From the human T2T-CHM13v2.0 reference genome, Homo sapiens: 64,000 bases of DNA. The stretch is from assembly GCF_009914755.1 (NCBI RefSeq), contig NC_060926.1, one strand, 5' to 3'. Shown piece after piece: positions 1 to 16,710 of the stretch. Each line of letters begins with the position of its first letter. Within the stretch, counting starts at the first letter, position 1. A model generated the notes under the pieces. The model did not search any database. It was not told the DNA's origin and saw only the letters and a program-made list of their open reading frames with translations. The position numbers and the translations under genes are program-made.

Positions 1-63
1 TAAAGGACAATTCAAGAATTCCTTCTGCAAAGGTGTACAATTTGCAAATACATTTCTCTAGGT

Positions 64-812
64 CAGTGGTCTTGTAACTTTCTGGTCTCAGGACTCCTTC
101 ACACTCTTAAAAATTATTGAAGATTCTAAAAACCTTTTGTTTATAACTATGTATTTCAATGTTTACCATATTAGAAGTTAAAACCAAAAATTTCAAAAAA
201 TATTTAATTCATTAAAAATAATAAACCCATTATGTGTTTAACATAAATAGCACTTTTATAAAAAGTAACCAAATTTTTTTTAAGCCATAACAAAAAACAT
301 TTAGTAGAAGAATGGCAATGTTTTACATTTGCAAATCTCTAACATAGCGTACTAGAAGACAGCAGGATTTTCATATCTATTTCTGCATACAATCTGTTGT
401 GACACATTATTTCAAAGTATACGAAAAATCTAGCTTTTCTGTGTAATTTTTTTATTGAGATAAAACTCACATACCATAAAATTCACTCATTAAAAGTGTA
501 GTTACTAGTCAATGGTTTTCAATATTGGTTGTGCAGTCATCACCAGTATCAAATTCTAGAACATTTCATTACCACAAGAAGAAAACCTATGATTTTTTTG
601 GAAGGTGGATACCTAAATACCCAGTAAAGTCACTCTCCATTCCTTTCCTCTCCCCAGTGCCTGACAACCACTAATCTACTTTGTCTCTATGGATTTGCCT
701 ATTCTGGACTTTCCATATAAATAGAGTGACTATCCTTTTATGATACTATACTAAAATTCAACAAATGATAGTTTCTTAAGGGTTAGTTGCAATGTAGAAT
801 CTGCAACCATAT
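64..812. mobile_element. Charlie1-like hAT DNA transposon fragment, interrupted by an L1M 3' piece (about 445-730)
   Basis: Terminus cagtggtc...tggtctcaggactccttcacactcttaaaaattattga and internal gtttcttaagggttagttgcaatgtagaatctg. Confidence 0.75.
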
Positions 813-879
813 CCATTTTGTATTTAAATTAAAATTGGTTACTATTATTTGATTTTTTTATCAGTGACTATATTTATCA

Positions 880-1975
<1,096 letters not shown>

Positions 1976-2476
1976 CTTGATTTTTGTGTCCTCAGAAACC
2001 TTTGCCTCTTCTTTACTTTTTTTAAAGCAACCTTATTGAAACATTATTTAGAAACCATGCAGTGTGTCCATTTAAAGTGAGTAATTTAATGGTCTTTAAT
2101 ATATTTACAGATTTGTACAACCATCACCATAATCTCCTTTATTTTTTAATTTTCACTCATCGCCATAGCTTGAGCCCAATCCCAGCCTCTGTAGTGAGCA
2201 CTGTTTCTCTTATCAGTCATTTATGGCTGTGTGGCTACAGTTCCAGGAATTACCAGTGTGTAATTCCTGTGACCGTCTCACCTGTTCTCATTCAACATTT
2301 CTTCAGGACCCAATTAGGTTAGTTTGATCACTATCTTAAGATCAGTAATCCTTTGTCTAAGTTTCAATGTTACTGGCCCCTTCCTTTGTGCTCCCAATAC
2401 TACTGCTGTCATACTTCTAATATGGTAATTACCATATTTTATTGCAATTTATAGTTTATATCTCTGTCTTGACTAG

Positions 2477-2797
<321 letters not shown>

Positions 2798-3134
2798 AGA
2801 ACTGTTTCTTATTCATCTTTGAATCCCTGCTGCCAAGCATGGTACCTGACAATACAGTTGGCATTGATGAAGTGTAGGTTGAATGATTCAAATGACTCAA
2901 ACAAACATATCTTCCACCTAAACAAGAAGCTTTATCCTTTGGAGTACATGGAGAATTCTGTGAATTCATTTTCACTTACATAATCAGTCTACTTTGTATT
3001 TTGTCTCTTAATTTCTAATGTTAAATCTCTTGAAACTGTTGTAAAACTTTGTGATCATGAATTAAGTCCCACAACTTAAAAAAATTAACAAATTAGTAAT
3101 GATGAACTGTACAACTTCAAATTTGAAGTGGTCA

Positions 3135-3395
<261 letters not shown>

Positions 3396-4719
3396 CTATA
3401 CAGTCAGAGATATAAAAAAGTATAATAAAATATGAAGCTTTCGTAGAATTTGATGTGAAATGCTCTAAGTTCTCTGAATAAAGTTCTTAAATGATAAAAA
3501 AGCAGACAAGCAAATTTCTCTTCTTGGATATATTGCCAGCATCCCTCCACAGCTTCTCTAAAACAGAATTCAACATGTGATATAACTTACTACACTCCTC
3601 CAAGTTCTCTATCACTACTAGTATTTATCTGTCTGTCTCTCTTGTTAACCTATTACTTCCAATTTGTTTCCAGATCCTGTCTTTAATTTCCCTGACTTGG
3701 TTTTCTCTGTTTTATACCCTGCCATCATCACTTTATTCCATGGCCTCAGTATCTCATATTTAAATGTTTATAGCTGTCTATTCGGCCGATTTTCCTACAT
3801 TTGTTGGGAATAGGTCAAAATAAGCTATTATTTTCTGCAAGAAGTCTACTGTTACTACTCTTGCTACAACACATCTTTCCCCTTCTTGAGAACTTCTACA
3901 GCATCATATCTCTATAACACAATAAAATATTATTTTATCTTGTGTGCTTTCTGATTGTTTCATGAATATAAGTATACCTTCATCAACTCTGGAGCCTTGT
4001 TTTATATATACTTATCTTGCATCTCCTCTCTGTGTAAACATGTAGTAGGTACTCAAAAATATTTTATTTATCTGATTCATTAAAAAGCATCAAGTATTTC
4101 GTATTCGTGTCTTCCGTTAAAAATACCCAAACATTTGAAATTCTTCTTCAAATCAGGTGGGTTTTTTCACTCTATATGGCCACATTCTCAAAGAACAAAT
4201 AAATACTAAAACATAATTTAGTGGAATCAGCAATCAGAAATAATATTCCAAATCAGTAAGAGTATAATGAGGAAAATGGAATGAAATGCTTCATCAGAAA
4301 ACATTTTCCTTTCTGCAAAGTTGTTTTCATAAAGTGAACATCCTTAGGTAATGACTAAAAGCTTTAGACTCAGAGAGACCTGGAGTTCAAGTCTAGGCTT
4401 TGAAACTTCTCAGAAAATTCTGGACCAATTTCTTTATCCCTGTGAATTTCAGTCTCCCTTTTATAAAATGTAGCTAAGATCACTTACCTTAGAGGAATAT
4501 CATAAGGACCAACGGAGATAAGCCACATATATGCTTAACCTTCAATAAGTGTTTGCTCTTATTATTATTATTGTAAAACCACAAAGTAGTATCTGAAGAA
4601 AGCTAGGTGCTGAAGTAAAACTATCGTTTTGTGGTTTTACATTTTGAAAAATTGTTTTTAAGTAAATCCGTAACCTTACAAATCTTTCAATCCAAATAAA
4701 TTTTAAGAAATTAACTACT

Positions 4720-4995
4720 AGCCGGGTGTGGTGGCTCATGCCTGTAATTCCAGCACTTTGGGAGGCCAAGGCGGTCAGGAGTTCGAGACCAGCCTGACCA
4801 ACATGGTGGAACCCTGTCTCTACTAAAAATACAAAAAAATTAGCTAGGCATGGTGGTGTGTGCCTGTAATCCCAGCTACTCAGGAGGCTGAGGCAGGACA
4901 ATCACTTGAATCCAGGAGGCGGAGGTTGCAGTGAGCCAAGACTGTGCCACTGCACTCCAGCCTGGGCGACAGAGTGAGATTCCGTCTCAAAAAAA
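4720..4995 (+). mobile_element. AluS with short left-arm deletion (intron 4)
   Basis: Alu dimer; TSD aagaaattaactacta / aagaaattaactatta. Confidence 0.93.
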
Positions 4996-5264
4996 AGAAA
5001 AAAGAAAAGAAATTAACTATTAAGAGATTACTCTAATTAACCCTAGTTGCAACAGCACAGAAGAAAAAAACTGCATGACATATTTAAACACATTTTAATA
5101 TTATATATCTAATGTCTTATTTCTATAAAGTGGTATCTTGAATCCCTACTATTAGGTTACTGGAGATATTCCCCAACACATAATACAATTTTATTCTATA
5201 TGAATAGTACGTTAGCATCTAATAAGTCATAAAAAGAAACTTAAGAAAAAAATAGAAAAGCTCA

Positions 5265-5528
<264 letters not shown>

Positions 5529-7209
5529 TTACACTTTTTTTCCTGAGGCCTGTGCTTACCAACAACATTTAATTGTAAGTGGTTCAACAATGAATAATAT
5601 ATGTATTACTATTGAAAATGTAAGCTAAGAAAAGGCAAGGCAAAATTACCTCTAATGATGTAAAATACTTAAGCGGAGATTACAAATAGATAATCCCTAA
5701 CCTATAAAGGAAGGCCCAAGTTTGGGGAAGGGAGCAAATGCTCTTTGTTACCTAATTCAGAATACCTGGAAGTAACTATAACAAACAAGTTTTTTCTTTT
5801 ACAAAAAATGAGAGTTAATATATTATTGGTATCTAGGAATCTCTACCAGGCTTATACTTTTAACTTTTCCAAGGGAAGATGAGCTCCCCAAAACCACAGC
5901 GGGCATATTCCTGGTATTCCTGGCAATTTCTACGAAAATAAAATTCATGTTATGTCCTACTGAATAATGGTTGCTGTTAAGAAAATGTTAAATAGCCCTA
6001 ATATTAAACTTCGAAGAGAATATGGGCTTTTGTGGGACTGGTCTGTTCATACAGAATAACAAATTCTATTTTCCAAACAACCCATTTAAGGGGAAAAAAC
6101 AACTTTGAAATAAGAAGTTTGTTACAAATTGGAGACAGGCTGCATTTACCTTTTAGGGTATATAAAAACTAATAAGGGTATCATGATAAAGGTGTATTAA
6201 AATAAATTGAAATGATATTCACAATTAGCACATAAAACTCAAAATTTAGGATTATTAACATAATATTTATATACCTCAATTTGTTAATTCCCTTAGAATA
6301 CAATTCAACATACGGCCAATGAAAATCATGAAGAGAATGATGAATGCCTTTTCCATAAGGCAGGTATTTCTATTCAAAGAACTGAATGCAAAATACAACC
6401 TTAAACTCATTCAAGTGTTTAACTTTAAATTTTGGACAACATCAAGCAAACCTGAACTTTCTAACACTATCACTTAGAGTCTTGTGAACTTGGCATAGAA
6501 GTTACTTAATCACTTTCTGCCTCTGTCACCTCATTTACAAACTGTGGATAATAATAACTTTGTTGAATAATAAAACTCAGACAATGTATACAAGTATTAG
6601 CATTTTGTCTGTATTATAGTATGTACAAAATTACTGGCATCTAAGTTTTTAATTATTATAATACCTATATTTTTGTTGTGAAAGGTAATAGTAGTTCGTT
6701 ACATTAACTAAAATAGAAATAGCATTATTCGAGCTTCCGGCAGTTATTCTATTAGTTCTATAGAGATTCAACTGACTGACTGACTTATTTACATGATAAG
6801 TGGGACTGGAGAGTTTAGGTTATCTTTTTGTTCCAAGATTACACATAGCCTTGTAGCCTTTTCACAGAGGTCTCTACACAAAGTACTAACATCAAAAGGA
6901 TTTATAGGAACACTTAGGTCTAACCAACAAGAAAGGAGGAGTTTTATAAATTCTCTTTGTGGTCCTAATTACATCTGAGATAAAATCCACAATAACTTTC
7001 TTAGTCCTCTCAACTTGCTTATTACTATTGATATGAAATTACTTTAAATCATGTTGCCCAGTTTATATTTTCTTATTATCATAGCATCCCTTCTCACCAC
7101 ATAAATCTCTGGAAAACTTAGAATGAGAGAATTTTACTCTTAAGTTGACTCAATTATCCATAAAATATATTCTTATTGTATAAAAATGGTGGGTTTTATT
7201 TTTCCCTTA

Positions 7210-7410
<201 letters not shown>

Positions 7411-8111
7411 TTAAATAGTGCTCTTCACTTAAAATTTACTTTTAAAATCAAAGAATACCAAAAGTAGAGCTTTTCACATGTGGTATAATTTACATTACAA
7501 ACATATGAAGCTAAGAGAAAACAGTAATTGTCAATGTATTAGTTCCTTAATTAGACAATAAGAGACTAAACATTCTTTCTATTATCTAGGGGGAATATCA
7601 CATCCTGAATTTCAACTTCACTGTGATAAAGCTAATTACAAGAATGAGTAGAAGCTACTTTAAATAGTACTTGTATAAAATTTCAAGGAACAACACCCAA
7701 GATCAAGAAGTAAATATCTAAATCCAGTTCTCACTCACTTGTCCTTACTTTCAGTGGTAATTACATGCAGCATTTTTCAATTGAAACCTCTATGAATATT
7801 CTTTATCCACCATGCAAAGGCACTTCAAAACTATTTACAAATCATGGAAAGCAATGGTTTGCATTGGTGACAGCAATTTTAATACATTGTAGTTTCTTTA
7901 AAGTCCTCCCATAGTCATTCGTTTTTAACAAAATACTTCAATTTAATTTCCAGAAATTCTTTAGTTAAAATTTCCACTGAGAGTGAAAGAACTCAGGTTA
8001 CTATCACAGCTGAATTTCCTTCCTTATTAAACTAATATAATTCACTTCAAAAAGGCGCTTTCATCCTCTCAAAACTTTAAAAAATCCACTTGCAGGATAC
8101 CATAACTAAAA

Positions 8112-8126
8112 CCAGTAGAGGTCGCT
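8112..8126 (+). promoter_or_regulatory. Candidate CTCF motif
   Basis: ccagtagaggtcgct versus core CCASYAGRKGGCRS (one mismatch), with a retained CpG in AT-rich, Alu-free intron 2 sequence. Confidence 0.5.
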
Positions 8127-8819
8127 ATTACATAACTTTTACACATGTGTTTTGAATAAATGAGTATTCAACTAGTATGTAAAAACTACTAGATGAAATT
8201 AAACATCATCATAATTATAAATCTGAATAAAAAGTTTTATTATTTGCTAGTAAAATGGAAAATTAAAAAAGTGTGATGCCATGTGATGCCCTTGGTGGTG
8301 AGGGAGGGGTGGAGAACACAATGATTCTTGGAAATCTTAAGAGCAAATCTATAAATTAAGGAGTGTAATCCATTCAATTTTAATAAATTTCCATTATGTC
8401 CAAGGCTAAGTCAGCTTCCAAATAAAGTTATTTTAATTCTAATTAATGGAATTAGAAGCATGTTGAAAGAAATTATAGCAGTTAAAAATGGGGTTTACAA
8501 ACCTTTTCAACTGTCTAGTTGAAAAGCTGTTTGCCAGGACACCAGCCTCATGCAGTAAAACGCAATACAAAGGCCCAAAATATTGAGGAGGCATCGCAGG
8601 TGAAAAGGGAGAAAAGGGAAGGGGTAAAGGGAGAGAAGGGAACATCCAAAACAAGAATTCTTTTCTTTTTTCCAAGTTTATTTTACAGACTTGTTAATCC
8701 AAAAATGACAAGATATTTAGGACTAACTTACGTGGTTTTCAGTTAAAATGTTTATAGTGATGGGTTTAACCCATGATTAACTAAGTGCAACCATGGTACA
8801 AACCTAATCATGTTATGAC

Positions 8820-9380
<561 letters not shown>

Positions 9381-9964
9381 GTGAACAGTGTAGACATAAA
9401 AGCAGTAGAAAAAAGTAAAAATAAAAAAATAAAAGCAGTAGAGAAGGACAGAAGTTGAACTCAACCTAACAATTAATTCTAAATAGAGTTACATGTCTTT
9501 GAAAAAAAAAAAAAATCACCAGCAGTGGAATTACAGAGACTAATTGTAGGCAGGGGTTGAGGTAGAAGAAAAAGAAAACAGAACAGCAACCCCTGTCCAT
9601 ATCAATTACGTCTACCTCATTCCAGGTTTATTGTTTTGAGGAAGGAAAGAAGAGGAAAGAAAATCTCGAATGATTTTTAAAAAGGCAAAGTGGTAATAAT
9701 GAAGCATAGCACATTTTAAACTTACTTACAAGGGTATTAATGAAATCAAATTACCAAATACATACTTAGGAGACAATGTCAAGGGTCAAAATGCATGCGG
9801 AAAGATTCGTAGGGTTAAAAAAAAAAAAAAAAAAGGTGTTTTGAATGTGGAGAGGCCATACTGAAGGAATTACTTTATTTCTTGTAGTGGCAAATTTATA
9901 ATTTTATGGTAAAATAAAATTTCTTTCACAAACACTTTATATTTCTTTACTTTTTATTTATTTT

Positions 9965-10251
9965 GGGGGGGAACAGGGTCTCGATCTATCACCCGAGCTG
10001 GAGTGCAATGATGCAATCATAGCTCACTGGAGCCTCAGCCTCCTGGGCTCAAGTGATCTCCCTGCCTCCGCCTCCCAAGTAGCTGGGACTATAAGTACGT
10101 GCACCATGCCCAGCTAATTTTGTTATTTTTAGTAGAAATGAGATCCTGCTATGTTGCCCAGGCTGCTCTGGAACTCCTGAGCTCAAAGTGATCCTTCTGC
10201 CTTGGCCTCCCAAAGTGCTGGGATTACACACATGAGCCACTGCATTCGGCC
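9965..10251 (-). mobile_element. AluJ
   Basis: atcatagctcactg...cctgggctcaagtgatc pattern. Confidence 0.9.
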
Positions 10252-10684
10252 TTCATGTATTTTTAAAAAGAAGCCCAAGGAGGACTGAACAATGAAAGAT
10301 TCATGAATTAGAATACTATTACTCTCCTAATTTCAAGATTAATAATTTTATTTGTATTAAATGAGAAACTCTATCTTGATTAATATCTAGTACCTCTGGG
10401 AAACATTAATGAGATACAGAGCTAAGGTGAAGATTCACCTCTATTATTAGCAGAACCCTGTCTTCTCCTTTACATAATAAATAGGTTTAAAAAGATAATC
10501 TTGATCAATTCCAATATAAATATTCTAGGTCCTATATAAATTCTTACATATGTACTTCAGTTAAAAAAAAAAATCAGATCCCCACATACTTTGGTATGTG
10601 TGGGAGAAATTTGTTTTTGTTTAGAAAGGTAGAAAATATGGATAAATTATTTGGGGAATCTAAATGTTAATGGAAAGCTTATTA

Positions 10685-11047
<363 letters not shown>

Positions 11048-11564
11048 TTAGGATTCCAAGGGAAAAAAAGCTAAAGAAAAAAAATGAACGGAAAACGAAA
11101 GCAGACGTTTTACATTTTACGATGAAGGGCTAATGACAATAAAAAGTCTAAGATAAAGAAGTTAAAAAAAAAAAAAGCCTGAGATGAATGAGGAAAAGAA
11201 AAATGTATCACTGTCCTGAGAAATCAAAGCTGGTTAAATATAGGTACATATAGACCAGAAAGGGAAGGAACAACAAAGGAAATCAGTCCAGTCAAGTAAA
11301 GAACAAGTACAATTATGAAAGGACAAGACCTAAGAAATTAAAGAATATACTTTACTAGGGTCAAACACAGGAAAAAAATATTAGCTTTTGCCTCTATTTT
11401 TTCAAAGTTTAAATACAGAAAATTATATTTATTATAAAAGAGGGAAAGAAATAGATTGAAGCAATTTTTATACTATCTTTTAATACTTGAATGAATTGGA
11501 ATCAACAGAGCCAAATAATATATACCCTTCTTCTGCATTCCCCAGCATTAAAATATATATAATA

Positions 11565-12037
11565 CAGTTGGCCTTCCATATCCATGGTTCTACATCTGTG
11601 GATTCAACCAACTGCAGATCAAAAATATTTTTTTAAAAATAAAAAAATACAAAATTTAAAATACAATGTAATAACTATTTACATAGAATTCAATTTTTTT
11701 TTTTAAGAGTTAGGGTCTCACTCTGTCACCCAGACTGAAGTGCACTGGCATGATCATAGCTTCCTGCAGCCTTGAACTCCTGGGCTCAAGTGATCCTCCC
11801 ACCTCAGCCTCCTAAGTAGGTGGGAGTACAGGCACAAGCCACTACACTTGGCAACATTTACTTTTTATTAGGTATTACAAGTATTCTAGAGATGATTTAA
11901 AGCATATGGGAGGGTGTTCATTAGTTATATGCAAATACTATGCCATTTAATATAAGGGACTTAAGCATCCATGGATTTTGGTATCTTCAGGCAGCAGCCT
12001 GCAACCAATCCCCCATGGAAACTGAAGCACGACTCTA
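11565..12037. mobile_element. MER2 (Tigger-family MITE) interrupted by an AluJ/FRAM monomer (about 11693-11852)
   Basis: tacagttggccttccatatccatggttctacatctgtggattcaacc ... ccaatcccccatggaaactgaagcacgac. Confidence 0.8.
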
Positions 12038-12399
12038 CTTCCTTATTCATCTGCAACACTGCCTGATGGTAAATACTAATATATTGGCAGTACCGATTAG
12101 TGATTATTGGCTACATCAATAAAACAAAATTCCATTCATTTGGACTATGATACTTTATAATTTGTGATAATCTGTAGTACAATTTATCAAAACTTTTTAA
12201 TTACCATCAGCAAAACATGTATGCAATCTATCTGTTTTCAAGTACTTTTGAAGCACCTATTTTCCTAAAACTATACAGCAACTAAAAATCACTCTTAGAC
12301 ATATCCCCTAGGAGCTACCAAATTAAGCAGTAATTGCTACCATACTTTGAATTATGCTTATACTTTAAAGCAAAGTGTATTCTTTAAACATTTTTTTTT

Positions 12400-12701
<302 letters not shown>

Positions 12702-12702
12702 A

Positions 12703-13250
12703 AATTTATTTACTCCTTAAATTGATGTATAAAACTGTACATGTATATCATGTACAACATGATGATGCTTAGAAGTACATATACACTGTGGAATAGTTAA
12801 ATCTAGCTAATTAACAAATGCATTACCTCACATAGTTATTTTTGTGGTGAGAACAATAAATACCAATTCTTAGCATTTTCAAGTGATGTTAACACCTCTT
12901 AATACCACCACAGTGGGGTTTAGGTTTCAACATGAATTTGGGAGGGGCACAAACATTTGGACCATAGCAAATGGTGCCTTACATTCTTTTATCAGGAAAT
13001 AATTTTCCATTTTCCTCATTGACTAGGATTCAGTATTTCTTTAATACACTTACAAAGCTTTGTATTAAAATAATAAGGGCCCATTTCAAGAATATACCAT
13101 CATTAACTATAGTCACCATGCTGTACAATAGGGTCTCTTGACCTTATTCCTCCCAACTGTAAATATGTATTCTTTGAACGAATCTTCCCCAGTTCCCTTT
13201 CTCTCCAATCAACACAGCCTCTGGGAACCATTATGAAGCGTATTCTTCAG
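12703..13250 (-). mobile_element. L1MA-type 3' end fragment, split by the 201-bp inverted insertion
   Basis: ...tttgtggtgagaac...cttagcattttcaag | atttcaagaata...ttaactatagtcaccatgctgtacaatag reads as continuous L1MA 3'UTR across the insertion. Confidence 0.8.
12882..13082. repeat. Left arm of 201-bp inverted repeat (derived copy)
   Basis: Reverse complement of 13717-13917 with 6 substitutions and no indels. Confidence 0.97.
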
Positions 13251-13307
13251 AAAGATTTTTAAATGTGTATATTCTGCTAATTCAGATTGATCTATTTTTA
13301 AAATACA

Positions 13308-13624
13308 TTTTTTTTTTTTTTTTTTTTTTTTTTTGGAAATGGAGTCTTGCTCTGTCACCCAGGCTGGAGTACAGTGGTGCAATCTTGGCTCACTGCAACT
13401 TCTGCCTCCCGGGTTCAAGTGGTTCTCCTGCCTCAGCTCCCAAGGAGTTGGGATTACAGGTGCCTGCCACCATGCCCAGCTAATTTTTTTGTATTTTTTT
13501 TTTTTTAGTAGAGATGGGGTTTCACCATGTTAACCAGGCTGTTCTCAAACTCCCAACCTTAGGTTATCCGCCTGCTTTGGCCTTCCAAAGTGCTGGGATT
13601 ACAGGTGTGGGCCACTATGCCCAG
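13308..13624 (-). mobile_element. AluS in the loop of the inverted repeat
   Basis: Poly(T) plus Alu dimer; TSD core atacatttt. Confidence 0.93.
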
Positions 13625-13716
13625 TCTCTATATACATTTTTCTTATGTGACCCTCAAAACTTAAGAAAAATATTTTATGACTCATCCCAAAACACACTTA
13701 GGGCTTGCTAAATTTA

Positions 13717-13917
13717 GGGCCCTTATTATTTTAATAGAAAGCTTTGTAAGTGTATTAAAGAAATACCGAATCCTAGTCAATGAGGAAAATGGAAAATTAT
13801 TTCCCGATAAAAGAATGTAAGACACCATTTGCTATGGTCCAAATGTTTGTGCCCCTCCCAAATTCATGCTGAAACCTAAACTCCACTGTGGTGGTATTAA
13901 GAGGTGTTAACATCACT
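13717..13917. repeat. Right arm of 201-bp inverted repeat (probable donor); includes 5' end of a MaLR (MST/MLT1A-like) LTR at about 13830-13906
   Basis: Direct manual alignment to 12882-13082; tgctatggtccaaatgtttgtgcccctcccaaattcatg resembles a MaLR LTR start. Confidence 0.95.
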
Positions 13918-15562
13918 CTTCCATTCTCATGTAAAGTCCTGCTACCATTCTGTCCAACTTTATGGTTTACATTAGGGACACACAAAATACCCCAGCCTCT
14001 TAATTCTATAAAGACCTCATCTTGGGGACCTTCACCCCTGGTCTAGCCATATCCTGCTTTGTAACTATGTTACTTATGAAATCTTACATTCAAACAACTC
14101 TTTCTCTGATCTCAATCTGCTCTATTTCTCTCTTTCAGATGTCCTAATATTATCAGTTCTCTGACCTTACTGAGAACTCTAGTACCCTTTTCTCTCCATG
14201 TTTTTCCATTATATGTGCCCTCTCCTACCTGGTATCAGAATGCATGCTCAAAAAGCTAGACTTTCTGGTTAAAAGTCTTGGCTTCACTACTTAATAACTT
14301 GGGCAGGTTATTCAACCTCTCTGTGCTTCAGTTGAATCATTCATTCAACTTATATTTTCTGAGTGTCTTCTCTGTGCCAGATATTGCTCTAGGTGCTGAT
14401 GATTCAACAGTGAACAACAACAACAAAAATTCCCTGGAGCTTACATTCTAGTAGGGAAAAAACTAATACCATCTTGATGGGATTATTACAAAGTTTAAAT
14501 GAAATGTAAAGTATGGAAGTATTCAGACTAGTGCATAATACTATATAGCAAACCCATCAGCTATTATCACATTTCACTTTTTTCCTTATCCAATTTCGAT
14601 TCAGTGATGCTCTTCTCAGCAGTTTCTCATTGGATATGCCTGTCTATCAATCCCTCAGCCTTCAGGGTAGAAGGACAAGGCCTGAGGTTGCTAGAGATTA
14701 CTTCCTACCCAATCACACATAAAACCCAATGTTTTATGTGTGCCATAAAAACATTACTTTCTATGTGTGTTGTGTCCTGAAAAGGTTGCAAAGCACTGCC
14801 ATTACCAGTTTTTACAATTCCCTTGCCCTGCTGTTCTCCTGCTATACATCCATGAGGAAACACCATTCAGTCCAACTATCTTTTTTTGTGCTCACACTTG
14901 AGTGCTGCAAAAGCAAAGTCACAGAAACCCAAAGATTTGAAGTACTGTACACTTGAAATCATTAAAGTCAAACGGTCCTTCATCATTGCCAGGGAACTCT
15001 TTCTATTTCTAGCTGTATCTCCCATTTTCTACAATTGGTACTTCAAAAACCTTATTCTTCTCTCCAACTTTCGACTCCTTCCGAACTCAGTTTAGATGTA
15101 TCTTTTTCTTGGAAGCTATCCCAAACCCCAAAGCATCTATCAGTTGCCCCTTTCATGGTTTCCCATATACTCTTTACTCATAGAATATCACATTATGTTA
15201 CTGACTACATATCTCTCTGTATCTCCATTAAATCATAAGCCCTAAAAAGACAAGGGCCATATCATCTTTCTAAGAGATTACACAACCTCCTTCCTAGGTG
15301 TTTAGATGTCTCCCTCTCTCTCAATTGGTGGGAAATAATTCACTTACCACCTAAAATACATGTAACAACTGAAGATCAAAACATTAACAGAAATCTTTTT
15401 GGAATGTTAGCTGGCTTTAATAAAAGAAATGCTTGGACATATGCCACTCCTAAAGGTATGGGTATATCATTCTATCATCAAGAAATTGTTCGTTTTAGCT
15501 TACAAACAAAAAAATGTATAGTTTAACAGCTAGAATATATACAAACTATCCTATATGCAATA

Positions 15563-16062
15563 CAGGTTGATTATCCCTAATCCAAAAATCCAAAATCTGA
15601 AACTTTTAGCATTTTTTTTTGGAGTCATGGTTCCACTCTTTCATTCAGGGCTCACCGTAGCTTCGATCTCCTGGGCTCAAGTGATCCTCCTGCCTCAGCG
15701 TCCTGAGTAGCTGGGACTACAGGCACATGCCACCATGCCTAGCTAGTTAAAAACAAATTTTTTTTAGAGATGGGGTCTCACTTTGTCTCCCAGGCTGGTC
15801 TTGAACTCCTGGGCTCAAGTGATTCTTCTGCTTTGGCCTCCCAAAGTGCTGGGATTACAGGCTTGAGCCACCACATCAGGCCAAAATCCAAAACTTCTAG
15901 ATGCTGACATGATGCTCACTGGAACACATCAGAGTTTGGGTTTTTGGATTTGGGATGCTCAACCAGTAAATATACTGAAAACATTCCAAAATCCAAAAAA
16001 AAAACCTCAAAATCTAAAACACTTCTGTTCCCAAGCATTCTGGATAAGGGATACTCAACCTG
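15563..16062. mobile_element. Tigger4/Zombi-like MITE with nested AluJ (-) at about 15612-15883
   Basis: TIRs caggttgattatccct / agggatactcaacctg flanked by TA; ends 134 bp from the exon 2 donor. Confidence 0.85.
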
Positions 16063-16193
16063 TAAAGAGTTAAATCCAGGCTTCATTTTCTTATATACCA
16101 TATATATAGAGAGAGCAAATTCTTTCCCTGTTCACTGACATTACAACCAACACACAAATTAGATATAAAGTAAATACAAGACAACATTTGTCA

Positions 16194-16322
<129 letters not shown>

Positions 16323-16389
16323 CTATAAACAAAAAGCAAAGTAATTAAAATGTGGGTTCCATATCATTAAACAAATTTTTAAAACTTTA

Positions 16390-16710
<321 letters not shown>

